Shown here: positions 38,369-47,747 of the stretch, piece after piece
Layout: each line of letters opens with the position of its first letter
Numbering within the stretch: position 1 is the stretch's first letter
Source: a virus
Length of the DNA: 64,000 nucleotides
Direction: 5' to 3' (one strand)
IMG/VR virus record: IMGVR_UViG_3300045303_000182
Location: 45,847-109,846 of that record
Notes under the pieces: model-generated
The model's database searches: none
The model's input: only the letters and a program-made list of their open reading frames with translations
Told to the model about the DNA's origin: nothing
Made by a program: the position numbers and the translations under genes

Positions 38369-38781
38369 GACTGGTTCCTCTTCGGTAGGCGACCTCCGAC
38401 CGAGCGTGCCCAGGGATCACCTGAGTTGGTGCGGAAGGACGAGTGTCGTGGCAACGGTACTCCGCGCGTCTCGCCGGCAATCTCCTGAGCCTTCGCGTGC
38501 AGCGCCGAGGCGATGCCCTGCCGCTGGAACTCCGGGTCGGTGTAGACGCCCTTGATCTCGCCGGTCTTGTGGTGCCACGACATCGAGGAGATCGGCCGAG
38601 TGCCGGGATCGACACTGGATCCTGCGTACTGGTTGCGCTCGGTGGGGTGCGCCTTCGCCCACGGTGTGTCAACGTCCTCGGGTGCCCACGCTTCGACGGT
38701 GTGCGTCGAGACGCCGCCCATCTCCTTCGGGTTGGCCGGGTGGAAGACCGTGTCGAACTGGGTCTCGCCTTTGGTCTTCAT
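38365..38781 (-). CDS. GNAT-family acetyltransferase
   Basis: GEIKGVYTDPEFQRQGIASAL acetyl-CoA motif. Start MKTKGETQF by ATGA overlap. Confidence 0.75.
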   Translation of the reverse strand: MKTKGETQFDTVFHPANPKEMGGVSTHTVEAWAPEDVDTPWAKAHPTERNQYAGSSVDPGTRPISSMSWHHKTGEIKGVYTDPEFQRQGIASALHAKAQEIAGETRGVPLPRHSSFRTNSGDPWARSVGGRLPKRNQS

Positions 38782-39173
38782 CGCACCCTCGAGGTGAGCG
38801 CTCTGCGCTCGGCATTGGAGGGAGCACTCTCCTCCTCGGGCGTCATCTTGCGGTAGCCGAAGTTGTCGAGCGAGGCGTTGATGTGTCTCCCCTTGGACGC
38901 CGCGCGAGCCATCGAGCGGTAGCCCTCGTAGGGCACTTCCAGGTAGATGTACGCCGGTCCACCGTTGCGCCAGGTGACCTGGATGGCGTTGTTGAGATAG
39001 TCGTAGCGGAAGGCATCGACCCGGCTGGACTTCGGCGTCTCGACCCAGGGACCGAGGTCGTGAGCAGCTTCGTTGAAGGCTTCGTCCAACGAGTAAGCGC
39101 CGGCGTGGACCTTCTTGCGCTGCCCAGCCTGCTGGCCTGGGACTCGGGCGACCTTCGGCTTCGCAGCGGCCAT
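38778..39173 (-). CDS. KTSC-domain protein
   Basis: SSRV..FRYD...QVTWRNG..YIYLEVP...AASKGRHIN. Confidence 0.8.
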   Translation of the reverse strand: MAAAKPKVARVPGQQAGQRKKVHAGAYSLDEAFNEAAHDLGPWVETPKSSRVDAFRYDYLNNAIQVTWRNGGPAYIYLEVPYEGYRSMARAASKGRHINASLDNFGYRKMTPEEESAPSNAERRALTSRVR

Positions 39174-39190
39174 GTGCGTACGCTAGCCGG
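39174..39190. promoter_or_regulatory. Bidirectional leaderless promoter
   Basis: Overlapping -10 boxes TACGCT (+, 39179-39184) and TAGCGT (-, 39180-39185), each 6 nt from an ATG. Confidence 0.65.
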
Positions 39191-39457
39191 ATGGACCTGG
39201 AGCAGGGAGTCTCAGCAGCCCTCGGAATCACAGTCGATCCCGACGGCGATGCCGTGGTGCTCGTCGTCATTGGGACGGAGCGCCATCAGGTGGCTGTGCC
39301 GATGACTCCCGAGGTGGCGATCGCCTACGGGAGGGCGATGAGGGAGATGGCTCGGGAGGCGCAGACCCTCCAGGACGAGCTTGACGATCTCAGCCCGGAG
39401 GAACTGCAGGACCGGCTGATCGCCATCCAGAAGCGGTACGCCGCTCAGACGAACTGA
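39191..39457 (+). CDS. Hypothetical protein
   Basis: Fills the gap between minus-strand genes; leaderless-type start. Confidence 0.65.
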   Translation: MDLEQGVSAALGITVDPDGDAVVLVVIGTERHQVAVPMTPEVAIAYGRAMREMAREAQTLQDELDDLSPEELQDRLIAIQKRYAAQTN

Positions 39458-39461
39458 TGTG

Positions 39462-40475
39462 TCATTTCCAGCGCTTGATCATCCGCTTGACGGCAGCGCT
39501 CATGCGAGTGCGCTCGACCTCAGCCGTCTCCTTGGTCGTCTCCAAGACCGCCATGTCGGTGTAGCGCTCGAAAGCGTCGCGGACCCAGCCGACCACGGTG
39601 GCCGGGGGAACGGCCTCCAGTTCGAACTTTCCCGCCTTGCCGGCGACAGCAGGGTTGCCGTTCTCGTCCAGCAGGCCGAGGTCCACCGCCTGGTCTGCCG
39701 TGAGGCCCAGCCACTCGCTCTGGAGCACGTAGTCCACGATGGCTGACACCGGGTAGTCCTCGCCATCCAGATCCCTGGTCGCCTCGTTGCCGCCCATGGC
39801 GTCGATGAAGAACTGGCGGATGTCGGAGTCGCTGCGATCGATGCGCGTCATGCCCGAGGGGTCGCAGTCACCGAGGAAGATGAGGATCGTGCGCTGATGG
39901 GTGGTGACGAAGCGCTCCCTGGCGTCGATGGCCGACTGGCGGATGCGCTTGACCGGGTTGAAGCCCGAGCCAGTGATGAGGACCGCCCCGAACTCACCGG
40001 CCACGCGCTCCAGGACGGGAAGGTAGCCCGCTGACTCCACCCACAGTTCGATGAACCAGTCCTGGTTCTGGCGCAGCGCACGACGGTAGGCGTGCTCGAT
40101 GTCGCTCACCGTGGAGCGCCAGTAGTCGGCCGGGTCGTCGTAGCCGCCGATGTCGATGACGACGCTGCGGCCGTCATCGATGTCGTCCCAGTCGATGTAG
40201 CCGCTGCGACGAGCCGAGGTGATGAGGTCGGTGAGACGGCTGTCGTCAGCCTTCGTCGCCAGCCGCTGGCCCATCAAGCGGTAGAGGATGGCGCGCGGTC
40301 GCAGCGGGAGATAGGCGGCGTTGGTCGTGAGGATCTTCTTGATCTCGGTCAGCGTGGTGTCCTGCCAGGAGCCGGGGTTCGGCTCCCACTGGTACTCACC
40401 CAGCCCTCGGGCGCTGGGGTACTCGCGACCTGTGAGGCGACCGACGTAGCCCCGTTCCTTCTTCTTTCTCGGCAT
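39462..40475 (-). CDS. TopoVI-A/Spo11-like Toprim protein
   Basis: R.ILYRL, ARRSG.IDW..I.D, IELWVE, LGDCDPSG, FELEA. Confidence 0.7.
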   Translation of the reverse strand: MPRKKKERGYVGRLTGREYPSARGLGEYQWEPNPGSWQDTTLTEIKKILTTNAAYLPLRPRAILYRLMGQRLATKADDSRLTDLITSARRSGYIDWDDIDDGRSVVIDIGGYDDPADYWRSTVSDIEHAYRRALRQNQDWFIELWVESAGYLPVLERVAGEFGAVLITGSGFNPVKRIRQSAIDARERFVTTHQRTILIFLGDCDPSGMTRIDRSDSDIRQFFIDAMGGNEATRDLDGEDYPVSAIVDYVLQSEWLGLTADQAVDLGLLDENGNPAVAGKAGKFELEAVPPATVVGWVRDAFERYTDMAVLETTKETAEVERTRMSAAVKRMIKRWK

Positions 40476-40593
40476 GCCGAGATTGTAGCAGGAAACCCGC
40501 TAGCTCTGAGCTAGCGGCTGTGTCACGATCATCCTGGCCGGGAGAACCGGGTGCCTCGCTGTCATCCACGGACGAGGCAGGCTTCTCCCGGCC

Positions 40594-41001
40594 CTACCGA
40601 CCGGAGGCACCACGTTTGAACGCACGAACATTCGATGTCGCAGCCTTCTTCGGCGCGGTCTTCCTGACCGGTGCTGCCTTCTTCGGAGCGGCCGTCTTGC
40701 GCGGCGCTGCTGCCTTCCGCGGCGCTGCCTTCTTCACCGGCCCCGACGCCTTGCGGGTCCGCGCCCTCTGAGCGCGGACCTGTTCGGCGCGCTGGTACGC
40801 GATCAGGGCCTGACGAAGCTGCCAGTTCTCAGCCTGTAGCCGCTGCACGAAGATCAGGTGGTTGTAGAACTTCGGCTCGGTCATGACGAGCACGACGGAG
40901 CGCGCGACAAGCTCGGTGACCACCTGCTCCAGGTTGGGTGGCACGCGGCCGTGGACGAACGCCTGGACGTGCCTCATGAGGTCGTCGCTCTCTTCGCTCA
41001 C
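40594..41001 (-). CDS. Protein with histone-like (AAPKK/AAPRK) tail
   Basis: C-terminal KKAAPRKAAAPRKTAAPKKAAP repeats. Confidence 0.6.
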   Translation of the reverse strand: MSEESDDLMRHVQAFVHGRVPPNLEQVVTELVARSVVLVMTEPKFYNHLIFVQRLQAENWQLRQALIAYQRAEQVRAQRARTRKASGPVKKAAPRKAAAPRKTAAPKKAAPVRKTAPKKAATSNVRAFKRGASGR

Positions 41002-41900
41002 GGCTTGGTCACGTACTCCTGCTCCACGACACCGAACGAATCATCGCCGCGAAGGTGCTGTGGAATCCAGAAGCGGCCCTCGATCTTGCCGAACAGGAGT
41101 CCTTTGCCGTACTTCGGTCCGTACTCGGAGAAGTGCCCCCGGACTGAGCTCAGAGGACTCGAGGGCACCTGAGAGAGCGGAACGCCCATACCCCGATACG
41201 AGCGTGATACGGGCTTGATGTGGATCTCGTTCACTGTCACACCCGTGCGCGACAATCGCCGTGCGACGGGTCTGCTCCGGGTCGGCTCGGCCACCTGGAC
41301 GTTGACGCAGTTGCACATGTTGAAGGTGTCGAGCATGACCATCATCGCCGTGTCCCACAGCGTCGCGTCGAGGTCCGGGCGCACCTGGATCCAGTTGAGG
41401 TCCGCTATCTCACCGTCGGGGTAGATGGCGACACGCCACAGGTGCAGCGGCCCCTGGGTCCGCACGTACTCGCCGCCACCGCGCCCGCCCATGTACACGA
41501 CGACGTGCATCACCCAGCGCACGCGGTCCCACTCGATGACGTGGGTGTCAGCCAGCGAGTCCCAGTACTCGATGACCTTCGGGTCGATCCGGTCGTTCTC
41601 CTCCTTGCTGGTGAGGTCGATCGTGCGCGCGCTCATCACGGTGACGTTCTCGAAACCGTTGACGTAGCAGATGAGGGCGTTCTGCCACGGCGGGCAGATG
41701 CGGTGGTCCTCGTAGATCTGCCCGCCCTGCTCGCTGCTCATCCAGCGGTCCCAAATGGCCGTGGAGTCCACCACGGTGGCCCACTTCGTCAGAAGGGCTG
41801 TGTCCTTGTTCAGGGTGTCACCGGGAGCGTCGTCACGCGGGTCGTAGACGTTCCCCATCCTGAGGTCACGCACGACCTTGGCGATCGCCTCCGCGCTCAT
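40998..41900 (-). CDS. Conserved phage hypothetical protein
   Basis: C-terminal VRGHF...FWIP.H.RG motif. Confidence 0.65.
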   Translation of the reverse strand: MSAEAIAKVVRDLRMGNVYDPRDDAPGDTLNKDTALLTKWATVVDSTAIWDRWMSSEQGGQIYEDHRICPPWQNALICYVNGFENVTVMSARTIDLTSKEENDRIDPKVIEYWDSLADTHVIEWDRVRWVMHVVVYMGGRGGGEYVRTQGPLHLWRVAIYPDGEIADLNWIQVRPDLDATLWDTAMMVMLDTFNMCNCVNVQVAEPTRSRPVARRLSRTGVTVNEIHIKPVSRSYRGMGVPLSQVPSSPLSSVRGHFSEYGPKYGKGLLFGKIEGRFWIPQHLRGDDSFGVVEQEYVTKP

Positions 41901-42097
41901 TCCGGCTTCGGTGCAGCCCGCACCTCGAGGATCACGTCCCTGGGCTGGGTGTCACCCACGTCCAACCGCATGCGGATGACGGGGATGTAGTCACCGTTGT
42001 TGTCCACCACCGGGTAGGCCGATATCCCAGCCCTCATCAGCGTGCCGACGACGAAACCGGTCACCAGTGCGTGGTCGTTGTCTACGAAGTTGCCCAT
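41897..42097 (-). CDS. Small hypothetical protein
   Basis: GGAGGAG RBS, ATGA overlap. Confidence 0.6.
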   Translation of the reverse strand: MGNFVDNDHALVTGFVVGTLMRAGISAYPVVDNNGDYIPVIRMRLDVGDTQPRDVILEVRAAPKPE

Positions 42098-42201
42098 ATC
42101 TCCTCCATGATAGCTGATTCCAGCAAGCTAGCGGTTGACAACGTTACGGTTGTGTGACGCTAGGGTGGTGCGACCCTCCCTTACCTACCAAGGAGATAAG
42201 C

Positions 42202-42795
42202 GTGATACCTCGACTACTGCTCATTGCTTCACTGTGCCTCTGCGGAGGTGGTGGCATCCAGATCGACACCTCGGCCCCAGCGGCGCTCGCTGCACCCGCC
42301 CAGGTGGTGGTGGAGCCGCCTCCCGCGCCGCCGAGCTCAACGGTAGTGGTCGAAGCGATCAACGACCCCGCAGTGGCACCCATCGCTGAACCGTTCGTGC
42401 CTGCTGTGCGCCTTTCTCCACCGATCCAGGTCGCTCCGACGCTGCCGCCGCCGCCCTCCGGGATATGGGGCCTGCCGTTCGCTCCCGAGGGCCTGAGCAA
42501 CTGCGACGAGATGTCGTTCTACCGGCAGCAGTTCGGCCTGCCGGCGCGCTTCGACGGCATCGGCTGGCGTGAGTCAAACTGCAGGAACGAGGACGGCGTC
42601 CACACGTCGTGCTGCTGGGGCTACTGGCAGCTTCACCAGATGCACCTGGGCGGCGAGGTCTACGCGCGCAACTGCGATGTCCACTCGTACCGCGACGTGA
42701 ACAGCGACAACCCGCTGGAGAAGCAGAAGCAGGCGTGCGCCGCCAAGCAGTTGTACGACGCTGCAGGCACCTCGCCCTGGGCAGCCACGCGGTAG
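42202..42795 (+). CDS. Secreted lysozyme/transglycosylase-like protein
   Basis: Signal-like N-terminus, Pro-rich linker, WRESNC...GYWQL...AAKQLY..AG.SPW. AAGGAG RBS before the GTG. Confidence 0.7.
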   Translation: MIPRLLLIASLCLCGGGGIQIDTSAPAALAAPAQVVVEPPPAPPSSTVVVEAINDPAVAPIAEPFVPAVRLSPPIQVAPTLPPPPSGIWGLPFAPEGLSNCDEMSFYRQQFGLPARFDGIGWRESNCRNEDGVHTSCCWGYWQLHQMHLGGEVYARNCDVHSYRDVNSDNPLEKQKQACAAKQLYDAAGTSPWAATR

Positions 42796-42868
42796 TCTCT
42801 CCCGTGGTCGGCCGTTCCCGTGGAAGCCCGCAGCCATTCGATGACTCACCTATCCGAATGGAGCTTCC

Positions 42869-43105
42869 ATGGTCAGAGCAATGTTCTACGTCAACCACGT
42901 CGGCAAGAACGCCAGCGGCATCGGCGTCGTCAAGCTGAACGCGACCACCAAGGGCGACTACGCCGCCTGGTCCAAGTACACGCCCTCGGGACAGCTTGAG
43001 ATCAGCAGCCTCAATGAGAAGGCGACAGCCTGGTTTGAGGAGAGGCTGGGCAAGGACGTGGCGCTCACGTTCGATGACCCCACCGAGGCTGATCAGGCTG
43101 TCTGA
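42869..43105 (+). CDS. Small conserved phage protein
   Basis: VRAMFYV...WSKYTPSGQLEI. Confidence 0.65.
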   Translation: MVRAMFYVNHVGKNASGIGVVKLNATTKGDYAAWSKYTPSGQLEISSLNEKATAWFEERLGKDVALTFDDPTEADQAV

Positions 43106-43211
43106 CCCGTATCGGGATACCAGCAGAAGTGCGTGACTAGCGCTCGAGCTCTCTGGGGGGCCTGTGACCAGGGGCGATGCGTTAACGGCCCAGATAACGG
43201 GTTTCGCGGAA

Positions 43212-43263
43212 GAGGGCCTCGACAGCCCGTAGGGCGGTATGCCCACAAGCTGTCGAGGCCCTC
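43212..43263. terminator. 15-bp perfect inverted repeat between convergent genes
   Basis: GAGGGCCTCGACAGC ... GCTGTCGAGGCCCTC. Confidence 0.6.
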
Positions 43264-43288
43264 GCCTCGAGGTCCAAGTTTCCTTTCG

Positions 43289-43462
43289 TTATGAACCGAA
43301 GGGGTTGCGCTGACCGGGGGTGACGTGGTCGCGCTCCTCGGTCCAGGTGTGCCCGATCTCGTTGTCAACGAGGTGGTCGCGCATCATCGTGAGCGCGTCG
43401 CACAGCCCAGCCAGGCGCTCGTCGGCCTGGCCGATCTCGATGTCGATGTGCCAGCGGATCAT
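43289..43462 (-). CDS. 57-aa hypothetical protein (absent from ORF track)
   Basis: My translation MIRWHIDIEIGQADERL...; ATGA overlap with the upstream gene. Confidence 0.5.
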   Translation of the reverse strand: MIRWHIDIEIGQADERLAGLCDALTMMRDHLVDNEIGHTWTEERDHVTPGQRNPFGS

Positions 43463-43830
43463 CGCTTCACCCCGGCTTCCTTGAGCACGGACGCCGGCAC
43501 ACCCTCTTCACGCCAGTCGGCGTAGATCAGGCCGTGGCGCTCGCTGTAGGAGGCGCAGTGCTCGATGAACGCGCGGACGAGGGACGAGTTGTCGCTCGAC
43601 TCTTCCGCCTGGGCCTCGCGAAGCAACGGACGGAGCTTGAGACGCTCGATCGGATCCGTGGCCTCAACGAGGGCCTGCTGGAGGTCTTCGGCGGTCCTGC
43701 GGCGGGGACCGCGGCGCGGGACGGGGACTGCCTGGATCGACTCCAGGTACAGACGCACTGCTCGGGACTGAACCATGGCGATCGACATCGCACTCGGTTC
43801 TTTGGGGGTGTCAGCCTTGGGTTTGGTCAT
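43459..43830 (-). CDS. Basic DNA-binding-like protein resembling an Acidimicrobiia conserved protein
   Basis: RAVRLYLE...RRGPRRRT...YSERHGL.Y..WRE.GVPASVLKEAG. Promoter GTGACA-N17-TAGCAT-N6-ATG. Confidence 0.6.
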   Translation of the reverse strand: MTKPKADTPKEPSAMSIAMVQSRAVRLYLESIQAVPVPRRGPRRRTAEDLQQALVEATDPIERLKLRPLLREAQAEESSDNSSLVRAFIEHCASYSERHGLIYADWREEGVPASVLKEAGVKR

Positions 43831-43861
43831 GCAACTATGCTAGTTGCTAGCAACCACTATG

Positions 43862-44080
43862 TCACTCTCGCTCGACGGGGCACCAGTTCTTGTCGCCGGT
43901 CGTGTGGTTGATCGATCCGCAGTTGACGCAGCCGTAGTTCGCGTTCTCCGGGAACGCCACAGCGCTCACCGACATGACGACGCGCGCTCCGAGCGGAGGG
44001 TACGACTCGGTGTCCCGGTCGATGACGATGGTGATGACGCCGCCCCCAGCATCCCGGACGTAGCCCCTGATGTCAGCCAT
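43862..44080 (-). CDS. Small Zn-knuckle protein
   Basis: CVNCGS..H.....C. Confidence 0.45.
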   Translation of the reverse strand: MADIRGYVRDAGGGVITIVIDRDTESYPPLGARVVMSVSAVAFPENANYGCVNCGSINHTTGDKNWCPVERE

Positions 44081-44291
44081 GGCTCTCATTCTGCAGCGCC
44101 TCGAGTTCGCGGCGCAGACGCAGGCGAGCTTCCTCAGCGCTCTCAAAGTCGCCGTCAGGAGCGTTCGTCGCCATCCACTGGCTCTGGAAGGCGTCGCACT
44201 GGCAGCGGTGGTCGCCGTCGTGGCCTTCCAGCTTGTGGCAGACGTGCTCGGGGGACCAGCCATCGGCCCACTCGTACCCGCACGCTGTCAT
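44073..44291 (-). CDS. Small Cys/His protein
   Basis: C...HVC...GHDGDHRC; ATGA overlap. Confidence 0.5.
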   Translation of the reverse strand: MTACGYEWADGWSPEHVCHKLEGHDGDHRCQCDAFQSQWMATNAPDGDFESAEEARLRLRRELEALQNESHG

Positions 44292-44671
44292 GTCTGGAGC
44301 CTTGGGTACTTGCGGAGGAGTCGGTCCACAGTCTCAAGCGCCGCAGCGCTCGGTTCCTCGATCTCCTCTTGCCCATGGTCTGCTGCCTCGTTGCCGGAAG
44401 CGAACAACGGTACGGTCGCCTCGGGGATATCGGGATACCCCACGACGCGTAGCGAGATGAGGTCGAACTCGTTGCCGCGGGAGGTATGCACGACGGCCCA
44501 GCCGTGACAGAAGTGCTCCGGGGTCGCGTGGCAGGCGAAGTACGCGAAGGGCTGCTCGGGCGTGATGTTGTCGTACTCGCGCAGCTTCTCGTACTCATGG
44601 TGCGCCCACAGGCCGCTGGGAACGTCACAGCGGTACGGGCAGGCACTACAGGGCTGTGAGCGGACCTCCAT
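44288..44671 (-). CDS. DUF6283-like protein
   Basis: PCSACPYRCDVPSGLW...EYEKL..YD...FACH...CHGW. Confidence 0.7.
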   Translation of the reverse strand: MEVRSQPCSACPYRCDVPSGLWAHHEYEKLREYDNITPEQPFAYFACHATPEHFCHGWAVVHTSRGNEFDLISLRVVGYPDIPEATVPLFASGNEAADHGQEEIEEPSAAALETVDRLLRKYPRLQT

Positions 44672-44931
44672 CAGCGGTACCGGTCCTCTTCGGCCTGGCG
44701 CACCTGGCGCAGGATCTCCGTGACCGCCGGCCCGACGCACTCGGTCGAGCACGCGTTGTAGGCGTAGGCGGGGCCACAGCCGATGAGCCAGCCCTCGCCC
44801 TGGTGCCAGCCGTACGGCCCCATGACCTTCTGGCCGCGCTTCTTCGGCCCCTCGCGGCCAGGCACGAACTCAGGCTCCCCGACGCTCTTGCACTTCGGGT
44901 TGTCGCACACGATCATCAGTCGCTCAGCCAT
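44671..44931 (-). CDS. Small Zn-binding protein
   Basis: CDNPKC...ACSTEC. Confidence 0.55.
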   Translation of the reverse strand: MAERLMIVCDNPKCKSVGEPEFVPGREGPKKRGQKVMGPYGWHQGEGWLIGCGPAYAYNACSTECVGPAVTEILRQVRQAEEDRYR

Positions 44932-45100
44932 CGGACTCCTCCTTGTCTCCGATCCAGAAGTCGATGTCTTCCTCGGTCTCCAGGGCGTCAGCCGCCTCGG
45001 CCATCAACGTCGCCCAGGCGGTCAGCGGCGGCGGCTCCGTGAGGGGCCACTCTTCGCACGCGGTGGCCGCGCGACGCAGGCGCTCGATCAGCCCGCCCAT
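44924..45100 (-). CDS. Small hypothetical protein
   Basis: LIERLR...EAADALE; TGATG coupling. Confidence 0.5.
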   Translation of the reverse strand: MGGLIERLRRAATACEEWPLTEPPPLTAWATLMAEAADALETEEDIDFWIGDKEESDG

Positions 45101-45744
45101 CAGATATGCACGTCCACGACAGCGACGAATGCATCGTCGTTCAGGCCGGTCCAGAACTGATCGAACCACTTGGAGAAGGCGTCCTGCTCGGTCTCGCCCT
45201 CGGTGCTCATGCCGAACCAGCCCATGCGGCCGGGAGCCTTCCAGACGCCCTCAGCGAGCACGGCGTAGGTCTGCACGCGCTCGTCCTCGGTGACGATGTC
45301 GCCCTTGCGAGCCACGTTGGCCTTGAAGCCGTCGGTCTTGGTGTAGAAGCCGTCCCAGCGGCCACCGATGACCCACCAGTCCCACTTGCTCTGCGGGTTG
45401 TAGTTGCTCATCTGATAGAGGCCCTTCTCGTCAACGAAGTACTTCTCGTCGTCGCCCCACTTGGCGTTGGCGAGGGCAGCTACGGCCGCGGGGTCACCGA
45501 GGTCAACCTCGGGATCCTCCTCACGGAGAGAGGAGTAGGGCCAGCCAAGCTCGCGCGTCGGCATGGAGCGCCAGTTCTCGGGGACCGGGTCTGTGTAGCT
45601 CTTGTACGGCTCGACCTCGATGTTCTCATCGAACGGCTCAAGGGCCGCGCTGACCATCTCTTCGATATGAGCCATGTCGAGGTTCCCACCTGGGTGGGTG
45701 CGGGGCGTCTCGGCCAGCACGACGGTGACGGTGTAGTGACTCAC
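45100..45744 (-). CDS. Conserved phage hypothetical protein
   Basis: YNPQSKWDWWVIGGRW, G.MGWFG, VVDVHI; AGGAG RBS before the GTG. Confidence 0.7.
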   Translation of the reverse strand: MSHYTVTVVLAETPRTHPGGNLDMAHIEEMVSAALEPFDENIEVEPYKSYTDPVPENWRSMPTRELGWPYSSLREEDPEVDLGDPAAVAALANAKWGDDEKYFVDEKGLYQMSNYNPQSKWDWWVIGGRWDGFYTKTDGFKANVARKGDIVTEDERVQTYAVLAEGVWKAPGRMGWFGMSTEGETEQDAFSKWFDQFWTGLNDDAFVAVVDVHI

Positions 45745-45798
45745 TGGGGTACTCCTGGGGTAGGTGGTTACTGCTAGCAACTATGCTAGCTGATTCCA

Positions 45799-46275
45799 TC
45801 AGGAATCCTCCTCAGCCTGAGCCTCTTCCAGCGCGCGTCGCAGAGCGAGCCGCTCCTCCTCCTCTTCGTGCTCGGCCATCCAGTCCTTGAGCCTCTGGAG
45901 GTTCGCCGGGGTCAGCGGGCCTGCTGGGAAAGCGAGATCAAGCTGATCGAAGGCGAGCACAGGGAACCACGCCCAATCTCTCCCTTCCCATACCCCGATA
46001 CGGTGCGCGGCCTGGTCGTACTTGAGCGTGCCCACCTCGAGGAGCTCAAAGATCCGCAGTGCCTCCTGGATCTCGCGCGACCGATGAGGCTTCATCTCGA
46101 TGTAGTACTTGCCGTCCACGAAGTGGACCGGGAAGCCCTCGGGTTGGCCGAGGGCACCACCGAACTGCTGGGGACTCAGGTGGGGGCTGCGGTGGAGCGC
46201 GGCGCGGTCGCCGCGCTCCCGTAGCTCATCCATCGTCGCCTTGGGGATCTCAACCCAGGACGGATCAACGGTCAT
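45799..46275 (-). CDS. Hypothetical protein (contains HLSPQQF)
   Basis: ATGA overlap with the LPxTG gene. Confidence 0.6.
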   Translation of the reverse strand: MTVDPSWVEIPKATMDELRERGDRAALHRSPHLSPQQFGGALGQPEGFPVHFVDGKYYIEMKPHRSREIQEALRIFELLEVGTLKYDQAAHRIGVWEGRDWAWFPVLAFDQLDLAFPAGPLTPANLQRLKDWMAEHEEEEERLALRRALEEAQAEEDS

Positions 46276-47744
46276 GCCCGCCGGCGCTTCCTCCCTACCG
46301 AGAAGAGGGCGAGGCCCGAGCCGAGGGCGAGGGCAGCAATAGCGAGGTAGGTGCCGCTGTTGCTTCCGGTGGGTGGCAGTCCCTCGGGCGGGGGCGTGAC
46401 CCCTGGCGGGAACGGCCCGTTCGGATTAGCGCAAGTTGCGCTCTCCGGTGGGTAGGTGACGAAGGCCGTAGCCGTCGGGTTGACCGTGTAGGTCAGGTTG
46501 ATGCCGGCGCGGAGGAACTCGTCGCTGGGGTCGCGGATCCAGAAACCATCGCTGGTGAGGATCCAGCCAGGCACGTCAGCGATGGTTCCATCGCTGTTCA
46601 CGGTGGTACCTGGGTACAGCAAGTCCACGGTCGTGCCGGGGGCGTAGACCAGCGGTTGGGTCGAGACGACGTTGCCGTTGATGTCCGACATCGTCAGCGT
46701 CCCAGTGCGACCGGCCAACTCGGGGAACGTGTTCTGGAAGACGATCCTGATCGTCGGAACCTCAGCCACGCAGACTGTCGCCGCGGCTCCGAACGTGAAC
46801 GGTGGGGCTGGCACCGTCGTGGTAGTGGTCCCAGGGATCGTAGGCCCAGTCGTGGTGGTCCCAGGGATGGTGGTGGTGGTCGTTGTGGATGGCGAGGTCG
46901 TCGTCGTCGGCCCAGTCGTAGACGTGGGTGGCACCGTCGTCGTCGTCGGCGGGAGCGTCGTGGTCGTCGGCGGGAGCGTGGTCGTCGTCGTCGTTGATGT
47001 CGTCACCGCCGTGGTCGTAGTGGTAGGTGGGCAGTTCGGTGGGAAGGTCACGGAGGCCGTTGCTGTCTCCGGGCCGAGCGAGTAGATCAGGTTCACGTTC
47101 TGCGTCGTGTTGGGGTAGGCGATCGTCACCGTCTGGTTCGACTGGAAGGTCAGGAACACCGACCCGCCCGTGCTGAACGACAGCACTCCGACCTGACCGT
47201 TGAGGTCAGGCCGATCACCGAAGGTGATCGAGATCTCGGGCAGGAAGTCGGGACCGCAGAAGGCGAACACGTTGACCGCGAACAGGCTCGGCTTCGGAGG
47301 CTGGGTCGTGCTCGTCGTGCTTGTGGATGACGTTGTGGAAGTTGTGGATGACGTACTGGTCGAGGTTGTGGAACTCGAGGTCGTCGTCGTCGGCTTCATC
47401 GTGGTCGTCGTGGTCGGGTACGGCTTGTGGGTCGTCGTGGTCGCTGGCAACGTCGTCGTCGGAGCAACGGTCGTGGTCGTCGTCGGGTAGGTGTGCGGCG
47501 GCTTCTCCGTCGTGGTCGTGTCGTGCTTGTACGTCGTCGTCGTCTCGTACGGCTTGTGGGTGGTGGTCGTCACCTCCCGCGGCTCCGTCGTGGCAGTGGT
47601 CGTCGTGTAGTTCTGCGTCTCGACCTGCACGACTTGCTCGACCGGGGCTTCATCGGGCGGCTGCGGCGACTCTTCGGCCATCACTGCAGGCACTCCACAT
47701 GCCGCTAACACCAGGAGGCCCAGTAGCCCCAGTCGCCTGATCAT
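46272..47744 (-). CDS. Thr-rich LPxTG cell-wall-anchored surface protein
   Basis: N-terminal signal, poly-Thr tracts, two related beta domains, C-terminal LPPTG plus hydrophobic helix plus RKRRRA. Confidence 0.85.
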   Translation of the reverse strand: MIRRLGLLGLLVLAACGVPAVMAEESPQPPDEAPVEQVVQVETQNYTTTTATTEPREVTTTTHKPYETTTTYKHDTTTTEKPPHTYPTTTTTVAPTTTLPATTTTHKPYPTTTTTMKPTTTTSSSTTSTSTSSTTSTTSSTSTTSTTQPPKPSLFAVNVFAFCGPDFLPEISITFGDRPDLNGQVGVLSFSTGGSVFLTFQSNQTVTIAYPNTTQNVNLIYSLGPETATASVTFPPNCPPTTTTTAVTTSTTTTTTLPPTTTTLPPTTTTVPPTSTTGPTTTTSPSTTTTTTIPGTTTTGPTIPGTTTTTVPAPPFTFGAAATVCVAEVPTIRIVFQNTFPELAGRTGTLTMSDINGNVVSTQPLVYAPGTTVDLLYPGTTVNSDGTIADVPGWILTSDGFWIRDPSDEFLRAGINLTYTVNPTATAFVTYPPESATCANPNGPFPPGVTPPPEGLPPTGSNSGTYLAIAALALGSGLALFSVGRKRRRA

Positions 47745-47747
47745 GTG

